Origin: a virus
Lineage: Duplodnaviria > Caudoviricetes
Strand: one strand, 5' to 3'
Virus record (IMG/VR): IMGVR_UViG_3300028400_000008
Span: 1-54,778 of that record
Length of the DNA: 54,778 nucleotides
Shown: piece after piece, positions 10,321 through 20,764 of the stretch
Numbering within the stretch: position 1 is the first letter of the stretch
Layout of the letters: each line of letters opens with the position of its first letter
The notes under the pieces: generated by a model
The model's input: only the letters and a program-made list of their open reading frames with translations
Told to the model about the DNA's origin: nothing
Databases searched by the model: none
Made by a program: the position numbers and the translations under genes

Positions 10321-10630
10321 TATACCAGCAGTTACGATAGCAATAGTTGGAGTATTGTCGATAACTGGTGGAGTATATAACTACATGAAGTCTGTAGATG
10401 GAAGAAAGAATCGCATCAGACTGTTTGCATTTAATACAGTAACATCGTTTGGAATAGGATGTATGGTATTTCTTGCATGTGCAGGATATGGCATAAATGA
10501 AGTGCTTAGTGCTGGAATAGCAAGCGCATCGGCATATGCAGGCGTAAGAACTTTTGCGATTGTAGAGCTTGTGGTGGCCAAAAAACTTGGCATAGAAGAG
10601 CTTGAAGAAAGAGCGAAGGACAGGCTATGA
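10286..10630 (+). CDS. Holin
   Basis: Three hydrophobic segments and a charged C-terminus, directly before the endolysin. Confidence 0.75.
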   Translation: MINSPIYKSLLDIPAVTIAIVGVLSITGGVYNYMKSVDGRKNRIRLFAFNTVTSFGIGCMVFLACAGYGINEVLSAGIASASAYAGVRTFAIVELVVAKKLGIEELEERAKDRL

Positions 10631-10977
10631 AATATTTCACGAAGGACGAGTTCCAATGCCACTGTTGTGGCGGGAACAACATAAAAAATGAACTGATAGA
10701 GAAACTTGAAACGGCAAGAGAAATTGCAGGAATACCATTCTACATAACATCTGGCTACAGATGCGAGAAGCACAACAAAGCTGTTGGAGGTGTTCCTAAT
10801 AGTGCGCATACGAGAGGATATGCAGCCGACATTAGAACCACATCGAGCAGAGAGAGGCTCGTGATAATGAAAGCTTTGCTTGACGCTGGATTCAACAGAA
10901 TCGGATGTTATGAGAATTTTATACATGCCGATATAGATCCAGAAAAAACACCAAGAGTTATGTGGAGAAAGAAATGA
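10627..10977 (+). CDS. Endolysin, peptidase M15 family
   Basis: YFTKDEFQCHCCG...SGYRCEKHNKAVGG..NSAH..GYAADI...FIHAD zinc-peptidase motifs. Confidence 0.92.
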   Translation: MKYFTKDEFQCHCCGGNNIKNELIEKLETAREIAGIPFYITSGYRCEKHNKAVGGVPNSAHTRGYAADIRTTSSRERLVIMKALLDAGFNRIGCYENFIHADIDPEKTPRVMWRKK

Positions 10978-11294
10978 ACCAAACGATATACGCAGACGCT
11001 CCAACCAGAATAGAGCTTACGATACTTGACGATAGCAATCAGCCAAAAGATATGACTGGAAAAGTTATTCAATTCAATGTAACGAGAATGAGCGACGGAG
11101 AAAAAATGATACTTGGAGATTGCAGCGGTGGTTCTAATGGAAAGGTAGTAGTAACTATTCCTGAACCACCATCTGATTTCTTAGTGCCAGATGAAAAGGA
11201 CAAATTCCTTCAACCATCGTTTGGCTATGTTTCAACGCTGCTTGTAGATGGTTTCCCATTGGTAAGATTTCCAACGAGGGTGGTTCTACTGTGA
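10974..11294 (+). CDS. Beta-sandwich tail protein (BppU N-terminal-like)
   Basis: IELTILDD.NQPKDMTG..IQF.V...G.VVVTI pattern. ATGA overlap with the endolysin stop. Confidence 0.5.
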   Translation: MNQTIYADAPTRIELTILDDSNQPKDMTGKVIQFNVTRMSDGEKMILGDCSGGSNGKVVVTIPEPPSDFLVPDEKDKFLQPSFGYVSTLLVDGFPLVRFPTRVVLL

Positions 11295-13816
11295 AGATAA
11301 AAGAGAAAAAGAATATTATATCAGTCGATCCAAGAAATATACTTATAAATAAGAACTATGTAGTCGAAAGTGTACAGAACTTCAATTTAGGACTGTTGCA
11401 AAATAACGATTTTTCGCTTCTTGCGGACCAGGTTGAACAATTGAGAGGTTTGCTCAATTCTCTTGGAATTAAAGACTATGACGAGGTAATTGAGCAGATA
11501 CTACAAAGACTTAACTTATTGGAAACAAAATCTATAGACAAATCAGATATAGAGCAACAGGTCAAGGAAATAGTTGAGCTAAGCGGGTATGCAAAAAAAA
11601 CATATGTGGATAGCGAAATATTAAAGCTTAGAAATGAAATTATGGCTTTGATAAATGATATTAGAGCTGATATCGATTCGCTGATAAGCCAAAAGATAAG
11701 CAATGAAACAACGATAATAAACAACAATACAACGGTAACGATAAACAATATCATCAATCAACTAAAGCAGGAAATAGGCGATACATACGCAAAGCAAGAA
11801 TTGGTTACAAGCTTGCATCTGCAATGGGAGAGCGACATAGCTACAGCTATCGCAAATTATGACCACACGATAAAAGAATATGTCTCCAATGAGCTTGCAT
11901 ATGTTGTCGATGAAACAAAGTTGCAAGCATCACTTGAGACTGCAAAAACTCAAGCAGTTTCAGAGGCTGTATCAAGAACATTGACGGAAGTATCTACCAC
12001 ATATGCAAAAGCCGAAGACATCACAAATCTAAGAACGGAATTTCATACAGACTACTCAAAAGCAATTGCCAATGTTAAATCAGGACTGACTACTTTAACG
12101 AATGACCATCAGGCATTAACTACATCGTTCCTGGCTTTGAAATCTGAATATAACCAATCAAAATCATACTACGATAATAAAATAATAACGCTATCTGACG
12201 AAACACAGGCGCTATCTCAAAGAGTAGAAACATTTGAATCTACATGGACACCAGAGGATAAGAGTAAATACGATGCTGCGTACCAGACTTCGTCCGAGCT
12301 AAAACAATGGAAGGAGGCTTTTGCTGGAGAAAATGGCACATATGCAAATGACAAAGAACAACTGAGAAGTGAATTCAGAACAGCGGATAAAGAACTAAAA
12401 ATAGAACTCATAAAAGAGTCATACACGAAGATTGGATATGGGAATAAATACACAGGAAGTGGTTCACTTGAAGTAGGTGACTACAGGGTGAATAATGGAA
12501 TAGTTGAGATATATGTTGGTGACCAGCAATGGACATCGACTGGTTTGAGTGAAAATGAGTTCCTCAACAAGAACAAGATGAAACAGGTTGATGACAAAGC
12601 TGAACAGGCAGATAGCAAGGCTGAAAAAAATAAAAATAGCATAATAAAGATTGCTGGTGATAAAAGCCTTGTGGTTGATGGAAATGGGATTGTGGCTGGA
12701 TGGAAATATTATAGCATAGCGACAGATGGAGAATTTCAAGAGATACAAAATTCTGTGTTTGATATTTATGCAACGAACTTTTCTGTTGTCGATCCGTATG
12801 ACACAACACGCAGAGTTACACCATTTAGTGTATCAAATGGAATAGTTAGAATTGGAAGCGACATAGATTTAGGCAATGGAAAGATAAATGGAAAATCTCT
12901 GTCTCAGAAGATATACGAAATAGAAAACGAAAGTTCGAGGTCTCCATTTTCAATATATGTGGATAGAACATATGACTGGAATTACGCAAGAATGACAGGA
13001 AGTGGCACATGGCATAGCACGAATGGAAACATAGACGATAACTTTATTAAGCCAAAAATTGGAGTATCTGAATTTATAAATGGAGATACAATTGTTTACA
13101 CTATATATTCAAACAATAAGACATCGATAATAGAGAAAGTTGCAAGAGTATATTATGAAGGCTCATGGCTGGAAAATGTCAAGCTTTATATAAATGGAGA
13201 TGCGATAATAGATGGAACGCTCAGAGCAGATAAGATCGTTGCTGGTACAATAGTAGCTGATAAGATAGCAAATAATCAGCTATCTGTAACCATAAATAAA
13301 AAAGCGATGAACAGCGATATGTATATCCCAGTTAATGGAAGTGACTATGTGACTGGTATGTTGAGCACAGGCGCTAATTATTATGGAAAAATAAACCTTT
13401 TATCTCTAATCAATAACGCAACATCATGGAACCTGCCAAATTTATCATATATTAAAATAAATGTTACGCTCACGATGACTATATCATCTATAAGAAATAT
13501 TCCAAGTGGAAGGACTTTGACATCGCATGACACCAATTGTCAAAAAGACACTGCTGGTTTCGTAAAACTTTTTATAACAGATCCAAACGGAAATGAAGTT
13601 GTGCTTGGTAAGCAAGAATTTACTGTCGGCACAAGTGGAGGAGATACAAGAATAGTTCTTCCGCTATCTGTGAGCGGTTCTTTTGACTACCATGAAAGCG
13701 ATACATACAAATACATGCTTGCAGCAAAAGCAGAATCTGGGAAAAATCCAGCAAACGACTACAAAGACTTCTTTGTGGTCGATCCATCATTATCAATAAT
13801 AGTAACAAGGAAATGA
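11291..13816 (+). CDS. Second tail fibre / host-specificity protein (841 aa)
   Basis: Long coiled coil, then FDIYATNFSVV...PFSVSNG.V and INGDAIIDGTLRADKIVAGTIVADKI repeats typical of lambda J-like C-terminal regions. Confidence 0.75.
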   Translation: MKIKEKKNIISVDPRNILINKNYVVESVQNFNLGLLQNNDFSLLADQVEQLRGLLNSLGIKDYDEVIEQILQRLNLLETKSIDKSDIEQQVKEIVELSGYAKKTYVDSEILKLRNEIMALINDIRADIDSLISQKISNETTIINNNTTVTINNIINQLKQEIGDTYAKQELVTSLHLQWESDIATAIANYDHTIKEYVSNELAYVVDETKLQASLETAKTQAVSEAVSRTLTEVSTTYAKAEDITNLRTEFHTDYSKAIANVKSGLTTLTNDHQALTTSFLALKSEYNQSKSYYDNKIITLSDETQALSQRVETFESTWTPEDKSKYDAAYQTSSELKQWKEAFAGENGTYANDKEQLRSEFRTADKELKIELIKESYTKIGYGNKYTGSGSLEVGDYRVNNGIVEIYVGDQQWTSTGLSENEFLNKNKMKQVDDKAEQADSKAEKNKNSIIKIAGDKSLVVDGNGIVAGWKYYSIATDGEFQEIQNSVFDIYATNFSVVDPYDTTRRVTPFSVSNGIVRIGSDIDLGNGKINGKSLSQKIYEIENESSRSPFSIYVDRTYDWNYARMTGSGTWHSTNGNIDDNFIKPKIGVSEFINGDTIVYTIYSNNKTSIIEKVARVYYEGSWLENVKLYINGDAIIDGTLRADKIVAGTIVADKIANNQLSVTINKKAMNSDMYIPVNGSDYVTGMLSTGANYYGKINLLSLINNATSWNLPNLSYIKINVTLTMTISSIRNIPSGRTLTSHDTNCQKDTAGFVKLFITDPNGNEVVLGKQEFTVGTSGGDTRIVLPLSVSGSFDYHESDTYKYMLAAKAESGKNPANDYKDFFVVDPSLSIIVTRK

Positions 13817-14263
13817 ATGTATGCAGTATATGAAATTGCAAGCGGAGAAATAAAATATATAACAAGCGTGCAAGAAAGCGTCAGTGATGGGTTTGGGATA
13901 ATAGAGATAATAAATGAGGCTGGTATAGTTAATAAAAAAGTAGTTGACGGTAATCTTGTAGAAAAAGATATGCCAGCATTCAGCATAACAAAAGAGATTG
14001 CAGAGTACATCATACAAGAACACTTGAACAATATTGCACGGTCTTATGGGTACGACAACATCCTAAGCGCTTGCAGCTATGCAGGATACGAAAATCCGTA
14101 TCAGGATGAGTCTAAGCGATTTATCAAGTGGCGTGGTTCAGTGTGGTACACTGCGTATCAAGTGTTGCAAGAGGTAGAAAACGGAGACAGAGAGCCACCG
14201 AGTAGCAAAGAAGAACTAATAGCGCTATTGCCGAAATTTGAAGATATAACACTGGAGGAATAA
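13817..14263 (+). CDS. Tail fibre-associated chaperone-like protein
   Basis: QEHLNNIARSYGYDNILSACSYA...WRGSVW...ELIALLP pattern, common downstream of fibre genes. Confidence 0.7.
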   Translation: MYAVYEIASGEIKYITSVQESVSDGFGIIEIINEAGIVNKKVVDGNLVEKDMPAFSITKEIAEYIIQEHLNNIARSYGYDNILSACSYAGYENPYQDESKRFIKWRGSVWYTAYQVLQEVENGDREPPSSKEELIALLPKFEDITLEE

Positions 14264-14264
14264 T

Positions 14265-15443
14265 ATGTACGACATAAGCAGAGTAGAAGAGACTTTTAGA
14301 AGATTGATGCTTCAGGTGAGGGATGAGCTTGAGTATCATCACGAAAAAAAATTTATAGATACAAAGTCAATGGCACAAGTTCTTGAGTCATTGATGGACG
14401 ATGCTCTAAAGCTTGCATTTGAAGTACCGCTTAGAGAGCAGCAGCTTGCGCTTGAGAAAGCAAAGCAAGAAGAAGAGATAGCGATATTGAGAATAAAGGC
14501 GTCTATGGCGCAAGAAGAGCTTGACAGAATGAAAATAGACGGGCCAAAAAAATCATTGCAACTGGACAAACAGAATGAACTCCTTGCCAAGCAGGCGCTG
14601 AAAGAAAGTGCAGACATTTCACTGATAAATGCAAGAACCACTACTGAAACAAATCAATCGCTTCTTGTATCTGAGCAAATTAACAAAATCAAGAAAGAAG
14701 AGAGTTTGGTTGATAGCGAAATATCTATGAATAGCAAAAAGGTCAATGCAATAGATTCTGAGATTTCACTAAACAACGAAAAAATATTAGATATGCAGCA
14801 AAGAAGGCCAAAAGAACTCGAATTGCTTGATGAACAAAAACGACTTGAATGTGCAAAAGCTGCTGAGGTGGTTCAAAACGCTAATCTGATAAAACAAAAA
14901 AAGCGTATTGCAATAGAAGAGGTAAGAGTTCAGCAAGCAAATGTAGAAAAAATCAAAAAAGATATTGTCGCTACTGACGCACAAATAACGAGTATCAAGA
15001 ACAAAGAAAAAATAGACAAGGCAATAGCTAACGCAAATATAGCAAAATCTGAATCAGAAGCAAAAGCTATATTGTCAAAAATAGCGACAGACGATATGCA
15101 AAGAAAAGTACTTGGTGCACAAGCTGGACTCATAGAAGAGCAAGCGAGAGGCATTCCAGTAGCGTCTCAGATAAGAGCGGCTGAGGTGAGAGCGAAAGTG
15201 TATGCGGCGCACATCGCAGCAAATGGAATAGATAATCTTGAGGCAAGCTGGAGAACGGCACCATCTATTCCAAATGTTTCATCCGTTCAAACATATGTTC
15301 CAAATTCAATAGATTTCAGCACGCTATCATTCTCAGCGGTGGAAGCACTTGACGATATAAGTACAAGCGGAACGATCTCGATAGATGACGGGGTTGGAGC
15401 GGGAACAACGGATGTATCGATAGCTTGCGGTGGCTCACAATGA
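14265..15443 (+). CDS. Coiled-coil virion protein, N4 gp54-like
   Basis: N-terminus F..LM..V...L...H.K..I and long Ala/Gln/Lys heptads resemble N4 gp54 as recalled. Confidence 0.55.
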   Translation: MYDISRVEETFRRLMLQVRDELEYHHEKKFIDTKSMAQVLESLMDDALKLAFEVPLREQQLALEKAKQEEEIAILRIKASMAQEELDRMKIDGPKKSLQLDKQNELLAKQALKESADISLINARTTTETNQSLLVSEQINKIKKEESLVDSEISMNSKKVNAIDSEISLNNEKILDMQQRRPKELELLDEQKRLECAKAAEVVQNANLIKQKKRIAIEEVRVQQANVEKIKKDIVATDAQITSIKNKEKIDKAIANANIAKSESEAKAILSKIATDDMQRKVLGAQAGLIEEQARGIPVASQIRAAEVRAKVYAAHIAANGIDNLEASWRTAPSIPNVSSVQTYVPNSIDFSTLSFSAVEALDDISTSGTISIDDGVGAGTTDVSIACGGSQ

Positions 15444-15658
15444 CAAAAGAAATTCACAATCTCGGCTTCATAGCATACCTTATTGTGTTTGAGAATAAAG
15501 AGCCAGTAGGCTCTATAACAAAAAAGAATGGAGCCAAATTTGAATTCAAAGACACAAAAGAGCTGAAAGAGATGAAAGCGAAATATTACAAAAACGGATT
15601 CAAAAGATATAATGACAAGTTGAGAGAACTCGCACCAATATTTAAGGCCACAAAGTGA
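15440..15658 (+). CDS. Small basic hypothetical protein
   Basis: ATGA overlap upstream and GTGA overlap downstream. Confidence 0.6.
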   Translation: MTKEIHNLGFIAYLIVFENKEPVGSITKKNGAKFEFKDTKELKEMKAKYYKNGFKRYNDKLRELAPIFKATK

Positions 15659-17625
15659 GTTTTCTTGGTATTGTCGGGAAAAAGACTGAAACCATAGAAA
15701 GCACTGGATTCGCACCACTGCTTGGAGAACCAAAAGATACATTCAAAAGCATAGTGGTAAATGCCGTAATAAACGATATAGATATAGACGAAGCGATTAC
15801 GGATGCTATGGACTTGAAGCATCCAGTGAGCGATAAGAATTGGCAATACATTTCAAAGCTGCAATTCAAAGCGATAAATAGAGCCACCATAGAGAAGGCT
15901 CTCCAAAGAGCGGGGGTGGTTCCAGATAGAGATGAAAACGGAAATCCGATATACCAAGAAGGCAATCCACTTTTGCTTCCAGAAGCTATGCATGACATAA
16001 TGTCAAGAATATATCCAGATATAAATTGGGTCGGGAAAGTAGCAAGACTGCAATACATGGGGCAAGAGTATGATTTCAAAATAGTCGGACAAATACCAGT
16101 AGAAGTAAAAATAGATGGAAAAAGCGCAAAAATATACATAGGATATCAGGTCTATTATGAATCTGTAGAAGAGATACCAGCATTTAAAGGACCACCAAAA
16201 AAGATTCATCAAACAAGACTTGTGTACACATATTTAATGGAGCCACCAGAAGGGTTTGCTGAAATTTCATTCTTTGTGAAATCTAACGGACATTGGCTAA
16301 TTTTCGATAGCGAAGAATTTTTCGAAGACTTGCAAGATACGGATAAGTTCGTGATAGACAAGGTGGTTCCATTAAAAGTAGGCGGAGAATGGATCGCAAA
16401 GAGAAGTCTGCTGCAAAGATGTGGGATAATGAACGCTGATGAACTACAAGAACAACTTGGAAAAAACAAAGACGTTCAGATAGAATATGGAATACTTGGA
16501 ACATTTTTGCAATGGAAGATAGACACTGAAGAAGATAGATTTAAAAAATTGTTCGATAAATTGTGGTTCAAGGTTATAGATTATTACGCCCCAGATATTG
16601 GAATGAATACGATATATAAAATAGAATATGATGCCCCAGGTGGACAGAAGTTGCTATATGAGATAGAAGCAAAAACTGAAAACGACAACTTTGCAAACGA
16701 ATACTATAGGGAGATAAAAGATATATGGATAAAGAAAAACGGAATAGATCATTTCTACGGCAAAGCATTTATTGTCAAAGGAGAAAAAAGAAAAATCACT
16801 TTTATACCAAGAGCAATAACGATAGTCCTAACTGACGAAGAAAAAAAACTTTTGGACAAAGCTACTGCGCTTAGCGATACATATGTCGTGCAAAGCGGAC
16901 TTGTTGATGTTGGACCAAAAAAGTTTTTATCGAATGACGAAGCAACAGGAAGAAGATATACTACAGAAGACATAGAGAAAAGATTTTTTATTCCTATACC
17001 ATCATTGATAACAAGAGAGTTCAAATTTAAAGAATATGTTGATCTTTATCCAGCGATGTTCGGGCTTTTGTATCACACTAAACAAAAGATAACATATACA
17101 ACAATATTCGGAATAAAACAGTCAAAATTCTTCAAAGCCCTCGGGGTGGTTCTGACATTCGTATCAGCTGGAACGCTAAGCCCAGCAGCGGCTTTCGTAA
17201 TGAGTGCGACATCGATGGCGATACAAGCTGGCGTTGGAAGCGATAAAGTTAGAATGGTTGCGCAGATAGCAATGACAATATACGGACTATATCAAGGCTA
17301 TCAAGCAAGCGGACTAAATGTAAAAAACATATTCGATACACTTCAGGCCGCAATGAAGCTATACGATATATATTTGCAATATGAGCTTCAAAGTGAGCTA
17401 TCGGATTTCAGGAAATTTAAGGATGAGATAGAACAAAAGATAAAAGAGTACAAAAATGTTAGAGACATAGATGTGATGATAATAGACGATATGCTAAAAG
17501 GAAATTACGAAACATACTATTCATTCGCCACGGATATAATGTATCTCCAAGATATAATTTGGAATCAACTATTTCAAGAACAAGGAATGCCAGATGAAGA
17601 AATTGTTAGACAATTTGAAAGCTGA
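15655..17625 (+). CDS. Virion structural protein, N4 gp53-like
   Basis: 656 aa with C-terminal Gly/Ala-rich hydrophobic helices followed by a coiled coil; adjacent to the gp54-like gene. Confidence 0.5.
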   Translation: MSFLGIVGKKTETIESTGFAPLLGEPKDTFKSIVVNAVINDIDIDEAITDAMDLKHPVSDKNWQYISKLQFKAINRATIEKALQRAGVVPDRDENGNPIYQEGNPLLLPEAMHDIMSRIYPDINWVGKVARLQYMGQEYDFKIVGQIPVEVKIDGKSAKIYIGYQVYYESVEEIPAFKGPPKKIHQTRLVYTYLMEPPEGFAEISFFVKSNGHWLIFDSEEFFEDLQDTDKFVIDKVVPLKVGGEWIAKRSLLQRCGIMNADELQEQLGKNKDVQIEYGILGTFLQWKIDTEEDRFKKLFDKLWFKVIDYYAPDIGMNTIYKIEYDAPGGQKLLYEIEAKTENDNFANEYYREIKDIWIKKNGIDHFYGKAFIVKGEKRKITFIPRAITIVLTDEEKKLLDKATALSDTYVVQSGLVDVGPKKFLSNDEATGRRYTTEDIEKRFFIPIPSLITREFKFKEYVDLYPAMFGLLYHTKQKITYTTIFGIKQSKFFKALGVVLTFVSAGTLSPAAAFVMSATSMAIQAGVGSDKVRMVAQIAMTIYGLYQGYQASGLNVKNIFDTLQAAMKLYDIYLQYELQSELSDFRKFKDEIEQKIKEYKNVRDIDVMIIDDMLKGNYETYYSFATDIMYLQDIIWNQLFQEQGMPDEEIVRQFES

Positions 17626-19480
17626 TTACGAATCCGCCAAAAGTGCGAGAAGAGATTGGGAACAGTACATAAAAACGATGCGCACATATTACAATGGTGC
17701 AACAAAACCAAGAAAAGACGGCAAAAGCAACTATGTATCAAGAGAGGTGCTAAGGGCGGTTCTATGGATAAAGCCACTGATTAAAAATCCTTTTACAAAA
17801 AATACAAAAATAATAAGAGCGAACCCAATAACACAAGATGATACCTTGATAGCTGCGCAATCAGAAAGGCTTGTAAATTATTTCTATACAAAGAAATTCA
17901 AAAGAGCGAAGTTCTTTGAGGAGCTTGCTGTAACATACGCAGTTGATGGAACCACTTTCGTTAAAACTGGATGGGAATACAAAAGCGTAAAAAAAGAGGT
18001 TGAGATTGATATAGTCGATGACAATACTGGTCAGATCATAGGACAAAAGAAGCAGGAGGTCGAGATACCAATAAGAAGTCATCCTACCGCAATAGTATGT
18101 AACAACGAAGATATTTTTATCGATCCGAATGCAAGAAGCATAGACGAAGCGAATTTCATAATCCATAGAAGAGAAGTTTCACTGTCTCAACTGCGAGAAG
18201 AGGGCATATACGAAAATCTCGACAAGATACAGATAGATGACGGTGATTCAGCATTTCCGATGAATTATGAAGACAAGGCAAGAAAAAAATTCTATATGTA
18301 TGAGTATTGGGGTAAATACGACAAGAATGGAGACGGAATTGCTGAGCCAATAGTGTGTTGTTGGGTAGATGATGTGGTGGTTCGACTTGACGATAATCCA
18401 TTCCCCGATGGAGAACCACCGTTTGTGACCGACAAGTTTGAAACAAAACTTGGAAGCAAATATGGTATGAGTATGGCCGACATTATATCAGACTTTCAGG
18501 TGGCAAAAACGAATATACTAAGGGGGATATTCAATGACATCAAGACAAGCAACTCACAACAGAAGGGGGTTCTAAAAGGAAACCTTGATAGCGTAAACTT
18601 CAGGCGATGGAAGAATGGAGAGCCATTTGAATTCAATCTATCTCCAAATGGATTCTATCAAGGAAGCTATACACAGATACCATCATATGTGTTCAATGTA
18701 TTGCAATTGGTAGATATGGACGAAAAAGCTTTGGCGAACATAAATCAAGAAGCTGGCTACGGTGCACAGGCCACATATGGGTCGAAGGCATCTAAAAGCG
18801 GACAGATGACCCCAGAGATGCTTAGAGAGTCAGACATCATAAACAATGTATCTGAGAACATCGTAAAGCCGATGATACGAAAATGGATAGCCTACGCATA
18901 TGAATTTATGGAGCCAGAGGATATCCAAAGAATAACTGGAATGCCATATCAAGATGTTCCAATAGAGTTCATAGACGGCAGAATGGATTTCGATATAACA
19001 ATATCAACTGAGCAAACAGACAATGTGAAAGCATCGAATTTGTCATTTCTGCTACAAACGCTTGGGAACAATCTCCCATTCGAACTTACAAAAACGATAA
19101 TGGCTGAAATAGCTGAACTTCAAAAAATGGATGCATTAGCTGAACAGATAAGAGGATATGAACCACAGCCAAGTGAAATAGAAATGAAAGAAAAAATGCT
19201 TGAGTTGAAACTCCTTGAGGCCTCAATTATGGAAAGATACTCAAGAGTCAAAGAGAATGAAGCCGATTACGCAATGAAGATGTCAAAGGCGAAAGAAAAC
19301 GATAGTAAAGCAAAAATGATAGACCTTGAAACGATAAGGAAAAAATACGGATTGGATTTTAAGGAGGAGCTTGCGAAGAAGGTGGTTCCAGAAAAGCTAA
19401 AAATTGACAACTATGGGCACAAGATGGCAAAATCGATACTTGGCCACGGAAAGTCAATAAGTGACACTATAACAGAATAA
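17594..19480 (+). CDS. Portal protein, N4 gp59-like
   Basis: DGTTFVKTGW, DIFIDP.A..IDEANFIIHR, YEYWG.YD.NGDGI.EPIV..W, NPFPDGEPPF, LSFLLQTLGNN. Confidence 0.92.
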   Translation: MKKLLDNLKADYESAKSARRDWEQYIKTMRTYYNGATKPRKDGKSNYVSREVLRAVLWIKPLIKNPFTKNTKIIRANPITQDDTLIAAQSERLVNYFYTKKFKRAKFFEELAVTYAVDGTTFVKTGWEYKSVKKEVEIDIVDDNTGQIIGQKKQEVEIPIRSHPTAIVCNNEDIFIDPNARSIDEANFIIHRREVSLSQLREEGIYENLDKIQIDDGDSAFPMNYEDKARKKFYMYEYWGKYDKNGDGIAEPIVCCWVDDVVVRLDDNPFPDGEPPFVTDKFETKLGSKYGMSMADIISDFQVAKTNILRGIFNDIKTSNSQQKGVLKGNLDSVNFRRWKNGEPFEFNLSPNGFYQGSYTQIPSYVFNVLQLVDMDEKALANINQEAGYGAQATYGSKASKSGQMTPEMLRESDIINNVSENIVKPMIRKWIAYAYEFMEPEDIQRITGMPYQDVPIEFIDGRMDFDITISTEQTDNVKASNLSFLLQTLGNNLPFELTKTIMAEIAELQKMDALAEQIRGYEPQPSEIEMKEKMLELKLLEASIMERYSRVKENEADYAMKMSKAKENDSKAKMIDLETIRKKYGLDFKEELAKKVVPEKLKIDNYGHKMAKSILGHGKSISDTITE

Positions 19481-19490
19481 AGGAGTTGGC

Positions 19491-19757
19491 ATGGGAAACA
19501 GACTAAAACCTAAAGCCGTAGAAGCGGCAATGGCATATGAAAGAATCAAGGACAACGAAGATTTCAAGAAGGTAGTAGAATTTTATACGCAAGATGTGGC
19601 GATGGATTTCGCTGAAATGTATGCATTCAACGGAATTGATGAAACAATGCGAAAAGAGGCTGGTGAGAAGATGAGTTCTTGTTTCAATTTCAAAGCCTAC
19701 CTGCAAGAGCTTGAAAACGCAATGCAAGACTTGAGAAATGGAGAAGATGATGAGTGA
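19491..19757 (+). CDS. N4 gp58-like small protein
   Basis: A.ERI..N.DFKKVV..Y motif; located between portal and scaffold. Confidence 0.6.
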   Translation: MGNRLKPKAVEAAMAYERIKDNEDFKKVVEFYTQDVAMDFAEMYAFNGIDETMRKEAGEKMSSCFNFKAYLQELENAMQDLRNGEDDE

Positions 19758-20730
19758 AGAGTACAAAGATATAAATCAAGAAGCGTGGGACCTGATAGAT
19801 GAAGAGGAGCCAACGACTACTGAAGATGAAGAACAAGAAGAGGTTGTAGAAGAAGAAACTGAGGATGAAGCAGAAGAAGCTCCAGAGGGAGAGATTGAGG
19901 AAGTAACTGAATCTGAAAAAGCCAAAGAGGCAGCAGAGCTTGGGGTGGTTCCAAACCAGGAGCTAAAACCTCTCAATGCAAATGGTAGAGAAATAGCGAT
20001 AGAAAGCATTGATGAGCTATATAGAATCGCCGAAGAAGGTATCAAGTATAAGCAAATGTACGACGACTATAAAGAAGACATTGGGCTTATTGAGGCTCTA
20101 AAAGAAAATGATGTAAGCGAAGACGAAATCAATTTGCTTATCGACGCTAAATCTGGGAAGAAAGAAGCAATATCTACGCTATTAAAAAAACTTGGTGTAG
20201 ACAACCCTATGGATATCGAAGAGTCGGAAGGTGAATACACACCGCAGAACCACCGTGTGCCAGTAAGCGATATAGAGCTTAAGAAATTCGTTGAAGAAGC
20301 TCAAAGTACCGATCCAGTGGCATATACGAAATTTACAAACTTCGTAGCGAAAGAGCTTGATGATGAGAGTAAGAGAGAAATATTTTCTGACATGTCACTG
20401 CTTAGAGAGCTTTATGACAATGTGCGAAACGGCCTGATGGAAGCTGTGGCTCCAATCTTCATGAAGAAGAAATTGCTCAACGATAGCAGAAGGGCAATTG
20501 ACATTTATGCCGAAAGTGTCAAAGAATACATTGAGAAGATCAAAGCCCAAAAAGAGAGGCAGATCGAAGAGGAAGCCGAAAAGAAAAAGCAAAAAGCTAA
20601 AAAAATCAAAAAGGCTTCCATAGGAAAGTCGGCTAACACGACTTCTCAGCCAGAAGATGTCAATGACATCGACTTTATGTCGTTATCGGACGAAGAGTTC
20701 GAGAAATATTACCGACAAATTGTCGGATAG
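19750..20730 (+). CDS. Scaffolding protein, N4 gp57-like
   Basis: Acidic N-terminus, KPLNANGREI, LLID.K.G.KEAI..L.K..GVD.P, C-terminal MSLSDEEFEK. Confidence 0.75.
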   Translation: MSEEYKDINQEAWDLIDEEEPTTTEDEEQEEVVEEETEDEAEEAPEGEIEEVTESEKAKEAAELGVVPNQELKPLNANGREIAIESIDELYRIAEEGIKYKQMYDDYKEDIGLIEALKENDVSEDEINLLIDAKSGKKEAISTLLKKLGVDNPMDIEESEGEYTPQNHRVPVSDIELKKFVEEAQSTDPVAYTKFTNFVAKELDDESKREIFSDMSLLRELYDNVRNGLMEAVAPIFMKKKLLNDSRRAIDIYAESVKEYIEKIKAQKERQIEEEAEKKKQKAKKIKKASIGKSANTTSQPEDVNDIDFMSLSDEEFEKYYRQIVG

Positions 20731-20764
20731 TTTTCAATAGAAAAACATTCAAAGAGGTACTACA

